Assembly (NCBI GenBank): GCA_022703055.1
Contig: JAKLEP010000001.1
Span: 218,850 to 282,849 of the forward strand
Direction: 5' to 3'
Source of the DNA: Candidatus Omnitrophota bacterium
GTDB taxonomy: Bacteria; Omnitrophota; Gorgyraeia; VGKH01
DNA: 64,000 nt
This document shows positions 25,121-35,111 of the stretch, in pieces. Under the pieces are notes generated by a model. It searched no databases, was not told the origin of the DNA, and saw only the letters and a list, made by a program, of their open reading frames with translations. Numbering within the stretch: the first letter of the stretch is position 1; every line of letters begins with the position of its first letter. The position numbers and the translations under genes are program-made.

Positions 25121-27351
25121 GAAAAATCAATGTGTTGCATATTGTGGAAGATTTAAGTATCGGTGGAGTAGAGGAGCTTTTGCGGATTATTGCTATGGGC
25201 CTCAACAGAGAAAAGTATAATGTTTATGTTTGTTGTATCGAGGAAGGCGGTCAAACGGCAAAAGAATTAATGGAAGCAGGGATCAAAGTCGATATTCTCG
25301 GTATGAAATCATACCATAATCTCTTTAATATTTTAAGGCTTAAAAAATACATAAAAGAAAGAAAAATAGACATTATCCATTCGCATATGTATTTTGCAAA
25401 TACCTTCGGAAGGATTGCTGCCCTTTTAGCGGGAACCCCGGTTTTAATTTCCACCTCTTACAGCACTTATTACGAATTTAAAAGAAGAAATATCTTGATG
25501 ATTAATTTTCTTTCAAAGTTTACCGATAGGATAATTGCCGCTTCAAATTCAATTAAAGAGTTTGCAGTTAAACAGCAGAGGATTCCGGCTGATAAATTTC
25601 AAGTTATTTATGATTGCGCAAGCACTGATAAATTTTCTAAGCATGTTGATAGTTTTGCAGTAAAGAGGGCGCTGGGGATCGATTCTGATTATCAAGTGGT
25701 GGGCTGCGTTGCCAGGCTTAATGAGGTAAAGGGGCATGCATATCTTATCCGCGCCGCAAAAGAAGTTTTAAAAAATAATCCTAGGATAAAGTTCTTGTTG
25801 GTTGGAGATGGCCCGCTTAGGCAGGAATTGGAACAGCTATCAGTTCAATTGGGCATAAAAGATAATGTTATCTTTGTAGGTTCTCGTCGGGATATCCCGG
25901 AAATGCTCGCTGCCATGGATATATTTGTTTTGCCGTCGGCGCTGAGAGAAGGTTGTCCGCTTTCTATCTTAGAGGCTATGGCGATGTCAAAGCCGGTTGT
26001 GGCTTCAAGGTTAGGCGGGATACCAGAGGAAATCGAAGACGGCAAAAGCGGGATTCTTGTTCCACCTAAAGATTCCGCGGCATTAGCCGATGCGATTATT
26101 AAATTATTATCCGATAAAAATTTATCTGTAACTATGGGCAAGGCAGGCCGCAAGATTTTTGAAGAGAAATTCTCAAAAGAAGTTATGTTGAATAAATTGG
26201 AGTCTCTTTATGACGAACTTGCAGCAAAGAAATTGACTAAAAGAATTCTCTATGTGGATATTCATGGCGACATCTGGGGAGGAGGGCAACTTAGTTTCTT
26301 AAGCATTTTAGAACTCATCGATAAAACATCCCTAAAGCCCATCGTTGTTCTGCCTTATGAAGGCGATCTATCAAAGAGAATCAGGGAAATGGGCATAGAG
26401 GTTTGTGTTATTCCATTCGGCTCAATCAAAACCACAAATATTTTTGTTAATTTATTTTCAATTTTTAGATTTTATGCACTTATAAAAAAAAGGAAAATTA
26501 ATTTAATCCATATAAATGCCCTGAGGCCTATGTTTTATACAGGCCTAGCTGCAAAAATCGCTGGGGTTCCGGTAATATGGCATGCCCGCGATTTAAAAGC
26601 CAACAGGTGGATAGATAGAATCTTGAGCAATTTAGCAAGGCATATTATCGCTATATCTAAAATAGTGGCTGGCAGATTTCCTTGGTATGAAAATAATCCG
26701 GATCGACTGTCAATAATTTATAATGGAATTGATACAGGCAAATTAAGCCCCAGGCCAAGAGATTCGAGAGTCCTTCACGAATTTCATATAGAAGAAGATG
26801 AAGCTGTTGTCGGTACTATTGGCCATCTGGAACCGCGCAAAGGACAAGATATCTTTTTGCAGGCCGCATCAAATGTCCTATTAAAATTTCCTAATTCAAA
26901 ATTTGTGCTCGTAGGAAAAGATATGAAAAACGGAGAAAAATATAAATCAGATCTGGAATATTTAATCACTTGGCTCAAGATAGAAGATAAAGTTGTTTTT
27001 GCAGGCGTCAGAAAAGACATCGCTGAAGTCATTTCGATAATGGATTTATTTATCTGTCCGTTTAAGGATGAAGCATTCGGCAGAGTTGTTATTGAAGCTA
27101 TGGCGATGGCAAAACCGGTTATCGGATATAGAAGCGGTGCCTTGCCGGAATTGATAGAAGATGGAAAATCGGGCATACTTGTTGATCCGGATAGGGCAGA
27201 TTGTTTAGCCGATGCGATTATCGAATTATTAGGTGACAGGGATAAAGCAATGAAATTCGGAGAAGCCGGACGAAAAATAGTTCAAGATAAATTTGACGTC
27301 AAAACAACGGTTAACAGAATAGAAGAGGTTTATTTTAGAATATTGCATTAA
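25117..27351 (+). CDS. tandem (duplicated) GT4-family glycosyltransferase, two GT-B modules in one 744-aa protein
   Basis: Module 1 (aa ~1-370) and module 2 (aa ~375-744) each end in a near-identical EX7E-type block: LEAMAMSKPVVASRLGGIPEEIEDGKSGILVPPKDSAALADAIIKLL versus IEAMAMAKPVIGYRSGALPELIEDGKSGILVDPDRADCLADAIIELL. Confidence 0.75.
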   Translation: MRKINVLHIVEDLSIGGVEELLRIIAMGLNREKYNVYVCCIEEGGQTAKELMEAGIKVDILGMKSYHNLFNILRLKKYIKERKIDIIHSHMYFANTFGRIAALLAGTPVLISTSYSTYYEFKRRNILMINFLSKFTDRIIAASNSIKEFAVKQQRIPADKFQVIYDCASTDKFSKHVDSFAVKRALGIDSDYQVVGCVARLNEVKGHAYLIRAAKEVLKNNPRIKFLLVGDGPLRQELEQLSVQLGIKDNVIFVGSRRDIPEMLAAMDIFVLPSALREGCPLSILEAMAMSKPVVASRLGGIPEEIEDGKSGILVPPKDSAALADAIIKLLSDKNLSVTMGKAGRKIFEEKFSKEVMLNKLESLYDELAAKKLTKRILYVDIHGDIWGGGQLSFLSILELIDKTSLKPIVVLPYEGDLSKRIREMGIEVCVIPFGSIKTTNIFVNLFSIFRFYALIKKRKINLIHINALRPMFYTGLAAKIAGVPVIWHARDLKANRWIDRILSNLARHIIAISKIVAGRFPWYENNPDRLSIIYNGIDTGKLSPRPRDSRVLHEFHIEEDEAVVGTIGHLEPRKGQDIFLQAASNVLLKFPNSKFVLVGKDMKNGEKYKSDLEYLITWLKIEDKVVFAGVRKDIAEVISIMDLFICPFKDEAFGRVVIEAMAMAKPVIGYRSGALPELIEDGKSGILVDPDRADCLADAIIELLGDRDKAMKFGEAGRKIVQDKFDVKTTVNRIEEVYFRILH

Positions 27352-27368
27352 AGTTAGGTGGATCGAGA

Positions 27369-28796
27369 TTGGATAGAACCCAAAAAATAGCAAAAAATAC
27401 TTTTTTCTTAATTGGCGCGCAGGTATTCAGCATTGTGGGCAGGTTGTTGTTTTCCATTTTTCTGGTAAGGTATCTGGGTGCAATTAACCTTGGGTATATT
27501 TCAGTTTCTTTGGCCTTGGTAGAACTGTTTAATATCATTACTGATTTTGGCCTAGGTATTATAGCGACCCGCCAGGTCTCACAAGATAAAAGCCAGGCCG
27601 CAAGGTATATTTCTAATACGCTGACTTTAAAATTATTGCTTTCCATCGCCGCAAGTATCTTAGTTTTAATAGGCCTGAAGTTTATGTCCTATAACGGCGA
27701 AGTCCGTACGATAGTTTATATTTTGATTCCGTCCATTTTTCTTAATTCTCTATTCTCATCATTTGTATATATCTTCAGGGCATTTGAAAATATGCAGCAT
27801 GAGAGCTTTGTTTCTTTAGCCTCGACTTTCTTTTATGTTCTGTTGGGTTCTTTGGCGATGTATCTTAAATTAAACGTATACTATATAGCCGCCTTAACCA
27901 GCATTTGCGCATTTATTAATTTGTTGTCGGCGGTAATCCTATATCTTAAAAACTATGGAGGCATCGGTTTAAGTTTTGAGATAGATTTCTTGAAGAGTTT
28001 GTTTAAAACGTCATTGCCTATTGGCATAGGAATAATTTTAGCCATGGCTTTAAGCAGGTTAGATGTAATTTTGCTTTCATATTTCAAAGGCGCCGAAGCT
28101 GTAGGTTTATACTCGGCACCTTATAGGCTGGTAGCAACGTTTCTATTCGTGCCGTATTATCTTGCCACATCGATGTTTCCTGCAATTTCTGATTGGAAGA
28201 ATCAGAATAGAATCGGGGACTTAAAGAATGTTGTCGAAGAAATCTTAAGGATTTCTATGGTATTAATTATACCTGTTGCAGTATTTGTTTGCTGGTTCTC
28301 GGATAAGATCATCTTTATTTTATACGGAAGTCAATTTATAGCTAGCGCTTTTGTGTTTAGCTTGCTTGTTTGGTATTTGGTTGCTGCATTCCCGGCTCAT
28401 ATCTTTACCCATCTTTTGTTTTCTTCTCACACCAAGGAATATGCCATTTTTTATTTTATAGCGCTAATAATCAACATAACCCTGAATGTGTTATTGATTC
28501 CGGTTTGGGGCATAACCGCTGTGGCTGTGAACGCAATTATAAGCATTTTGGTAATAGATGTTCTTTCATACTGGAGAATCTATAGCGGGTTTTTTAAATT
28601 GAATATTGTAAAACCAATAATTTTGCCTTCAATTGCCGCAGCTGTTATGGCCATATTCGTGTTTTATTTTAAGAATTTGAATTCTTTGTTTTTATCGTTT
28701 TCTTCGGTGGCAGTTTATTTTTTGATACTTTACTTGATCAAAGGTGTAACAAAGCAAGATTTAACTTTTATTAAAAATTATATAAATTTTAGATAG
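27369..28796 (+). CDS. MOP-superfamily oligosaccharide flippase (Wzx-like), copy 2
   Basis: 475-aa polytopic protein with a TTG start. IAKNTFFLIGAQVFSIVGRLL...VRYLG is a typical PST-family N-terminus. Confidence 0.6.
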   Translation: MDRTQKIAKNTFFLIGAQVFSIVGRLLFSIFLVRYLGAINLGYISVSLALVELFNIITDFGLGIIATRQVSQDKSQAARYISNTLTLKLLLSIAASILVLIGLKFMSYNGEVRTIVYILIPSIFLNSLFSSFVYIFRAFENMQHESFVSLASTFFYVLLGSLAMYLKLNVYYIAALTSICAFINLLSAVILYLKNYGGIGLSFEIDFLKSLFKTSLPIGIGIILAMALSRLDVILLSYFKGAEAVGLYSAPYRLVATFLFVPYYLATSMFPAISDWKNQNRIGDLKNVVEEILRISMVLIIPVAVFVCWFSDKIIFILYGSQFIASAFVFSLLVWYLVAAFPAHIFTHLLFSSHTKEYAIFYFIALIINITLNVLLIPVWGITAVAVNAIISILVIDVLSYWRIYSGFFKLNIVKPIILPSIAAAVMAIFVFYFKNLNSLFLSFSSVAVYFLILYLIKGVTKQDLTFIKNYINFR

Positions 28797-28799
28797 TAA

Positions 28800-29639
28800 A
28801 TGCATATGCAAAAAGACGATTATAAGAAAGGTTCGATTTCTCATTGGGAAAAAGATTGGGCCGGCAAAAAAGCCAATTTCAGCCTTACTAAGCCCGTCGA
28901 TGACTGGAACTATTTTGACCTTTTTAGAGATGAATATTTAGAAAGAATGCTTTTGAAAAATAAGAATATTCTTTGTCTGGAGTGCGGTTGCGGTAGCGCT
29001 AGCACTTCATTATATTTTGCTAATAAGGGAGCTAAGGCTGCAATGCTGGATGCGTCGATTTCGGCGCTTAATATTGCGAGGGAGAATTTTAGTAAGTATA
29101 ACCTCAGAGGGATGTTCATAAACGGCAATATGGAGCGTCTTCCTTTTGCGGACGATAAATTTGATTTGGTGATGAGTTTTGGCGTGCTTGAACATTTCGA
29201 AGATATGGCGCCGTCTATTAAAGAGATGGTCAGGATTTTAAAGCCAGGAGGGACTTTCTTTGCCTCCGTATCTCCTAAAAAATATTCCATACAATTAGTG
29301 GGCAATTTAATAAATACAGTCACGAGGTTTATTTACAACCTTAAACACCGCCGTTTTAGAGAAGCGTTTTTCCGCAGTTACCCTGCTACCCCAGAATTTT
29401 ACGAAAATTCTCTTTCATCGCGGCAATACGTGGAAATTATTGAGAAATGTGGTTTAAAGAATGTAAAATTATCGGGCTCAAGGCCATTCCCGAGCTTAAA
29501 CATACTTCCATCTATGTTTAAGATATATATTATGTTTATGAAGATGTTGAAGCCTTTGCATTTATTGTTTGAAATGCATACTTCTAAGTTTACGGAGCTA
29601 TGGGGAGTAGAATGGAATATTGTCGGTACTAAAGAATAG
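28800..29639 (+). CDS. class I SAM-dependent methyltransferase (Methyltransf_11-like)
   Basis: ILCLECGCGSAS motif I, DLVMSFGVLEHF, LKPGG. Confidence 0.7.
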   Translation: MHMQKDDYKKGSISHWEKDWAGKKANFSLTKPVDDWNYFDLFRDEYLERMLLKNKNILCLECGCGSASTSLYFANKGAKAAMLDASISALNIARENFSKYNLRGMFINGNMERLPFADDKFDLVMSFGVLEHFEDMAPSIKEMVRILKPGGTFFASVSPKKYSIQLVGNLINTVTRFIYNLKHRRFREAFFRSYPATPEFYENSLSSRQYVEIIEKCGLKNVKLSGSRPFPSLNILPSMFKIYIMFMKMLKPLHLLFEMHTSKFTELWGVEWNIVGTKE

Positions 29640-29643
29640 GATT

Positions 29644-30807
29644 ATGAGGATAGGGATAGACGCAAGATTGGTTCCATACGAGAAAAAAGAAGGCATGGCT
29701 TATTACGCCTTGAGTCTTATCGAGAATTTGCCTAAAATCGACAAAACGAACGATTATACTTTTTTTTATAATATTTTTCTGCGAGGCAATAAGAGATTCG
29801 CCCCAGACATAAATAATTTTAATAACTGCAAGAATAAATTTTTCCCTATTCCCGGGAGAGTTTTAGATTTTCTTTGGACAAAAGCCAAATTTCCTCCGAT
29901 TGAATTTTTCTTAGGTAACTTAGACATATTTCATACTACCGCAGTTACTTCAACTCCACCCTATAATTATCTTCCTCCGCAAAGAAAGGGAAAGAAAATC
30001 ATAACTATACACGATATCACTCCTCTTTTATTACCTGAACCTATTAAAAGCGTATTCGATTTATCTCAATACAAAAAAGGTCTTGATAGTGTAGTTAAAA
30101 ACGCAGATGCGATTATCTGCATCTCTGAGTCTACAAAAGACGCTTTGATTGAATATACGGGGATCTCTCGGGATAAGGTCTATGTGGTGCATTTTGGCAT
30201 AAGCGATGATTTCTTCAAGGAAACGCGAGAGGATAGAATAAAATCAGTTTTAAATAAATACCGCATAAATAGTAAGTATATTTTTAATATCGGGCGTTTA
30301 GATTACGGGAAAAATACTGTTAATTTGATTAAGGCTTTTAATATTCTTAGGAAAAATCATAATCTGAAGTTAGTGCTCACCGGAAATAAGGGCGATGCCG
30401 CTGAAGATGTTTTCAAAGCCATAGATATACTAGGGTTATCCGGCGATATTATTTATTTGGGGTATGTTGTAAAAGAAGACCTGATTAGCTTATTGAGTGC
30501 CGCAGAGCTATTTGTATTTCCTTCTTTTTATGAAGGATTTGGCCTTCCTAATTTGGAAGCCATGAAATGCGAAACTCCTGTAGTAACTTCCGATATCGCT
30601 GTGATGAGAGAGTTGATAGGGGATGCGGCCTTGCTTGCCGATCCCAACAGCCCGGGAAGTATTGCTGAGGCGATGATAAAGGTCATCAACGATGATAATC
30701 TAAGAAATGTTTTAGTCTCTCGGGGCAAAGAAAAAGTAAAAGCATTCAGCTGGGAGAGGACTGCAAGGGATACCGTCGAGGTTTATAGAAAGGTGGCAGG
30801 TAGCTAA
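29644..30807 (+). CDS. GT4-family glycosyltransferase
   Basis: MRIGIDAR start and C-terminal FPSFYEGFGLPNLEAMKCETPVVTSD block. ATG 29644 chosen over the track TTG at 29620. Confidence 0.8.
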   Translation: MRIGIDARLVPYEKKEGMAYYALSLIENLPKIDKTNDYTFFYNIFLRGNKRFAPDINNFNNCKNKFFPIPGRVLDFLWTKAKFPPIEFFLGNLDIFHTTAVTSTPPYNYLPPQRKGKKIITIHDITPLLLPEPIKSVFDLSQYKKGLDSVVKNADAIICISESTKDALIEYTGISRDKVYVVHFGISDDFFKETREDRIKSVLNKYRINSKYIFNIGRLDYGKNTVNLIKAFNILRKNHNLKLVLTGNKGDAAEDVFKAIDILGLSGDIIYLGYVVKEDLISLLSAAELFVFPSFYEGFGLPNLEAMKCETPVVTSDIAVMRELIGDAALLADPNSPGSIAEAMIKVINDDNLRNVLVSRGKEKVKAFSWERTARDTVEVYRKVAGS

Positions 30808-32009
30808 TGGATCTGCGTCAATATACCGGAAAAATAAAATCCAGGCCGATAAGAAGGACGGCACGTTTTATTAGAAGTGCCAGTTTTTATGTCGTGAATT
30901 TTATCGGAGTGATCATCGTTTTTTTACTGAGGTTGTTGCGCATAGTACCTTTTCCGCAGACCTTTGATAAAACCAGAATAAATAAGATATTGATTGTAAG
31001 GCCGGATATGATCGGCGATGTAGTGCTGGCTACGCCGCTTATTAAAGCCACAAGAGATAATTTTCCGCATGCCCACATCGCTATGGTTGTATCTGAGTTG
31101 ACCAAAGATCTAGTTATGAAAAATCCTTACCTCAATGAAGTTATCGTTACAAAAGGCATCGGCATCAACAATTTAATCAAGGATCGAGGTATCATTAAAT
31201 CTATTAGAAAAGAAAAGTTTGATTTGGCTTTTGTTCTTTTTTCTGCGTTTTCTTGCAATCTTTTTGTATTTTTATCCGGAGTAACTCACAGGGTAGGTTA
31301 TGGAGATAGAGGGAGCAAATTTTTATTAACAAAATCGCTTTCGAGAGCCGACCTTCAGTTAGATATCGTACATAATATAGATTTAAATTTGAATCTTTTA
31401 AAGGCCATGGGCGGGAAAGTTGAATCGAGGCAACTGTTTGTTAGCGTTTACGAGGAATCCGAAGCCAAAGCTTTGCGTTTTTTCCAGGAGCATGGTCTGG
31501 GTGAATCCGACACGGTAGTGTTGATCCACCCCGGTTCAAGAAAAGCTTATCAGCGTTGGCCAGCAGATAATTTTTCTTCTCTCGCAGACAAATTGATAGA
31601 TGAATTAAAAGTCAAGATGGTGTTTTTAAGCGGGCCCTTAGATGGTGAGATTGTAAAGAATGTTACCGCCAAAATGCATAATAAAACTATAATTGCTTCA
31701 GGTTTTAGCTTGAAAGATACAATATCTTTAATCAAAAAATGCGATTTATATATTGGCCATTCTACCGGGACGACCCATATTGCGGACGCTCTGGGCAAGA
31801 CGGCAATTATGATTATGGGCTTCTTGAAATCTTGGGACGGCCCCGGAGCCTGGGGCTTGACTCATGCGGGCAGTATTAATGTTTTTAAAGATACTGGCTG
31901 CAAATATTGCATTCCTTCGGAATGCAGAGATTATAGATGCCTCTCTGATATTACGGTAGAGGAAGTTTTTAAAGCAGCTAAAATACAGATTGAAAAGATT
32001 AAGAAGTAA
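30807..32009 (+). CDS. GT9-family glycosyltransferase (heptosyltransferase-like)
   Basis: ILIVRPDMIGDVVLATPL and LYIGHSTGTTHIADALG are typical GT9 motifs. An N-terminal hydrophobic segment is present. Confidence 0.7.
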   Translation: MDLRQYTGKIKSRPIRRTARFIRSASFYVVNFIGVIIVFLLRLLRIVPFPQTFDKTRINKILIVRPDMIGDVVLATPLIKATRDNFPHAHIAMVVSELTKDLVMKNPYLNEVIVTKGIGINNLIKDRGIIKSIRKEKFDLAFVLFSAFSCNLFVFLSGVTHRVGYGDRGSKFLLTKSLSRADLQLDIVHNIDLNLNLLKAMGGKVESRQLFVSVYEESEAKALRFFQEHGLGESDTVVLIHPGSRKAYQRWPADNFSSLADKLIDELKVKMVFLSGPLDGEIVKNVTAKMHNKTIIASGFSLKDTISLIKKCDLYIGHSTGTTHIADALGKTAIMIMGFLKSWDGPGAWGLTHAGSINVFKDTGCKYCIPSECRDYRCLSDITVEEVFKAAKIQIEKIKK

Positions 32010-32041
32010 AATAACAAGGATGTATTTTAAGGTAAATTGAT

Positions 32042-33898
32042 ATGTGCGGGATTTGCGGGATAATTGGAAAATACGACAAGGCACTTCTTGAGAAGATGTG
32101 CGAGGCAATGCTGCATCGCGGCCCCGATTCCGACGGGGTATATTCGGAAGACGATATGGGTATGGGCATAAGAAGGCTTAAAATTATCGATTTGGAAACC
32201 GGAGACCAGCCTATCCATAATGAGAATCATAATCTCTGGATTGTTTTTAACGGCGAGATTTATAATTACAAAGAACTAAGAAGTGATCTTGTTAAGAAAG
32301 GTCACAGTCTTTATACAAAAACCGATACCGAAGTAATTTTGCATCTTTATGAGGAGTATGGCAATGATTGTGTAAATTACCTGCGCGGTATGTTTTCCTT
32401 TGCGATTTGGGATTCAGACAAAAAAAGGCTATTCCTGGCTCGAGATAGGGTCGGGATAAAGCCCTTATATTATAGTTTCAATAATGGAAGATTTCTTTTT
32501 GCCTCGGAATTGAAAGCCATATTGAAAGATAATTCAGTTTCAAGAATGCTTAATCCGGAATCCCTCGAGTATTATTTAGCTTTTCTTTATATTCCCGCGC
32601 CATTTACTATTTTTAAATCGATAAACAAGCTGCCGCCTGGGCATACCTTGGTTATGGAGGGTGGAGTCATAAAAGTCCGACGCTACTGGAAACTTGATTT
32701 CGGCCAGGATAGTATTGAAACAGAAGATTATTATATCGAGCGAATCAAAGAATTGTTGAAAGAAGTAACCAGGCTTCATATGATTAGTGATGTGCCAATA
32801 GGAGCTTTGCTTAGTGGGGGCCTTGATTCAAGTACAATAGTGGCTTTGATGAGTAAGCTTACAACTTATCCGATAAAGACTTTTTCCATTGGCTTTGAAG
32901 AGAAGTTCTCATCTTATAATGAATTGGAATTTTCCCGCCTCGTTGCTAAACAATTCGGCACAGAACATCGCGAATTTATAATCAAGCCAAACATAGTTGA
33001 AACTTTGCCCAAGGTGATCAATCATCTAGAGGAGCCTTTCGCCGATTCATCAGCGATCTTAAATTATTTGATTTGCCAGGAGGCAAGAAAGTTTGTGACG
33101 GTGGGTTTGACCGGTATCGGTGGAGATGAGATTTTTGGGGGATATCCACGTTATCTCGGGCTTATGATCGATGAGAAATATCAGCGTGTACCTAGATTTT
33201 TACGGGCGGGCTTAAGTAGGTTGTCTGGTTTTATCCCTCAGACTACAGATAGCCAGAATATTGGAGGCAGGCTTTCCAGATTTTTCAAAGCGTCTTGCGA
33301 AACCGAAAATCAAAGATACCTTAGCTGGCTAACATATTTCGATCCGCTTATGAAGTCGCAGCTTCTGAATCAGCCAATTAAAGTAAGAAAATATATCCAT
33401 AATGATTATCTTGACGAAGAAGAAAGCGGTGATTTTCTTAACAGGGCAAGTTACCTGGATATTAATACCTATCTTGTCGACGATCTTTTGAACATGGCGG
33501 ACAAAATGTCCATGGCGAATTCTTTTGAATTAAGGGTGCCTTTATGCGATCATAAGCTTATGGAATTTTGTTCAAGTATCCCTTTTTCGGTTAAGCTAAA
33601 AAACTTAAAATTGAAAAGTCTTTTCAAGAAAACAATCGAAGGGGTTCTGCCGCAGGAAATAATAGATAAAAGAAAACAGGGGTTTATGGTTCCCTTGGCC
33701 GATTGGCTCAAAGACGACTTAAAGGATTTTGTAAAAGACGCACTCAGCCAAGAAGCCGTAAATAAAAGAGGGTATTTTAATTCGGATTATGTTGCTAAAA
33801 TTCTAGATTTACATTTTAAAGGCAAGAAAGTCATGACTCACCAAATTTGGGCTCTGTTGGTTTTTGAATTGTGGGCAAAAAAATATTTGGATAGCTAA
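32042..33898 (+). CDS. asparagine synthase (glutamine-hydrolysing)-family amidotransferase
   Basis: N-terminal nucleophile MCGICGI, SGGLDSS PP-loop, 618 aa. Embedded among glycosyltransferases, as in EPS-locus amidotransferases. Confidence 0.85.
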   Translation: MCGICGIIGKYDKALLEKMCEAMLHRGPDSDGVYSEDDMGMGIRRLKIIDLETGDQPIHNENHNLWIVFNGEIYNYKELRSDLVKKGHSLYTKTDTEVILHLYEEYGNDCVNYLRGMFSFAIWDSDKKRLFLARDRVGIKPLYYSFNNGRFLFASELKAILKDNSVSRMLNPESLEYYLAFLYIPAPFTIFKSINKLPPGHTLVMEGGVIKVRRYWKLDFGQDSIETEDYYIERIKELLKEVTRLHMISDVPIGALLSGGLDSSTIVALMSKLTTYPIKTFSIGFEEKFSSYNELEFSRLVAKQFGTEHREFIIKPNIVETLPKVINHLEEPFADSSAILNYLICQEARKFVTVGLTGIGGDEIFGGYPRYLGLMIDEKYQRVPRFLRAGLSRLSGFIPQTTDSQNIGGRLSRFFKASCETENQRYLSWLTYFDPLMKSQLLNQPIKVRKYIHNDYLDEEESGDFLNRASYLDINTYLVDDLLNMADKMSMANSFELRVPLCDHKLMEFCSSIPFSVKLKNLKLKSLFKKTIEGVLPQEIIDKRKQGFMVPLADWLKDDLKDFVKDALSQEAVNKRGYFNSDYVAKILDLHFKGKKVMTHQIWALLVFELWAKKYLDS

Positions 33899-33902
33899 AA
33901 AG

Positions 33903-35111
33903 ATGAATATTCTAGAAATAAGCGAGGTGTTTTATCCGGTTGTGGGAGGGGCGGGGAAAATAGTTTATCTTTCTACCTCTGGTTTGGCTAAGAAGGGGCA
34001 TAAGGTTTCTGTCCTTACAAGAAATGACAGACATTTGAAAGAAAAAGAGACGATATCAGGCGTAGATGTTTACAGGGTGAATTGGTTTAATAGCTTTCTT
34101 TTATTGCCTATTTCATATTTGAATATCGTAGGTTTTGTAAAAAGGTTCCTAAAAGAAAACAATCCCGATTTGGTTGTATTCAACCAGCCTTTTTCGGCTT
34201 TTTGCGCTTTGCAGGTCTCCGATTTGGCCAAGTTATCTAAAGTATATCGATATCATTCGTCGTGGTTTGAGGAATTCAAGGTCAAGAATAGCATCCAAGC
34301 ACTAAAAATAACCGCGCCCTGGGGAATTTTAAAGTGGCTTATTCTCTGGCCGATATTTTCTTTGATGAAGGCTATGGAGAAAAATGCGCTTAGAGAATCA
34401 AATACCATAATTGTTGCCAGTAAATATTCCAAGGACAAAATAATCAAATTTTACAAGATTGATGAAGGGAAAATCCATATAATTCCCGGTTGCGTGGATA
34501 CGGAAGTTTTTAGGCCAACGGAAAACAGGCAGGTTTTAAGAAATAAACTAAACATACCTCAAGACAAATTCGTTTTAATCACAGCAAGAAACCTGGTGGC
34601 CAGGATGGGGATTGATAATTTAATTTTTGCTTTTGATACATTGTCTGAGATATATAAAGATCTGTATCTCATAATTATCGGTGAGGGTAAGCTCCGGGTT
34701 AAACTTGAGACGCTGGTTAAGAAGTTATCGCTAAATAACCCAGTAAAATTCGCTGGTAACTTAAAAGAAGCTGATTTAGTTAAGCATTATCAAGCGAGTG
34801 ATTTATTTATCCTGCCTACCAAATACATTGAACATTTCGGTTTGGTGACTATTGAGGCGCTGGCTTGCGGAATTCCGGTATTGGGGACTCCCGTCGGGGG
34901 AACGGTAGAGATATTGGAGCAATTTAACCGGGAATTTATTTTTGAAGGCACGGATAAAGAGGCGATAGCAAAGGGCATAAAGAAATTCCTAGGTAACTTT
35001 AGAGGGATTGATCTGAAAGAGAAATGCAGGGAATTTGTTGCGAGCAGGTACTCTTTCGATAAAATTATTTCTCAGACAGAAAAGTTGTTTCTGGAAAATA
35101 TTAGAAAATGA
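33903..35111 (+). CDS. GT4-family glycosyltransferase
   Basis: EHFGLVTIEALACGIPVLGTPVGG block. ATG 33903 (MNILEISEVF...) chosen over the track start at 33864, which overlaps asnB. Confidence 0.8.
   Translation: MNILEISEVFYPVVGGAGKIVYLSTSGLAKKGHKVSVLTRNDRHLKEKETISGVDVYRVNWFNSFLLLPISYLNIVGFVKRFLKENNPDLVVFNQPFSAFCALQVSDLAKLSKVYRYHSSWFEEFKVKNSIQALKITAPWGILKWLILWPIFSLMKAMEKNALRESNTIIVASKYSKDKIIKFYKIDEGKIHIIPGCVDTEVFRPTENRQVLRNKLNIPQDKFVLITARNLVARMGIDNLIFAFDTLSEIYKDLYLIIIGEGKLRVKLETLVKKLSLNNPVKFAGNLKEADLVKHYQASDLFILPTKYIEHFGLVTIEALACGIPVLGTPVGGTVEILEQFNREFIFEGTDKEAIAKGIKKFLGNFRGIDLKEKCREFVASRYSFDKIISQTEKLFLENIRK

Noticed and set aside
32042-33898. The AsnB-like gene as the missing lasso cyclase for the RiPP operon.
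   Set aside because: It lies about 16 kb downstream of the operon's last gene, inside the glycosyltransferase block. It also retains the N-terminal Cys2 glutaminase nucleophile (MCGICGI) typical of true amidotransferases of EPS loci. No B2-type transglutaminase protease is present either.
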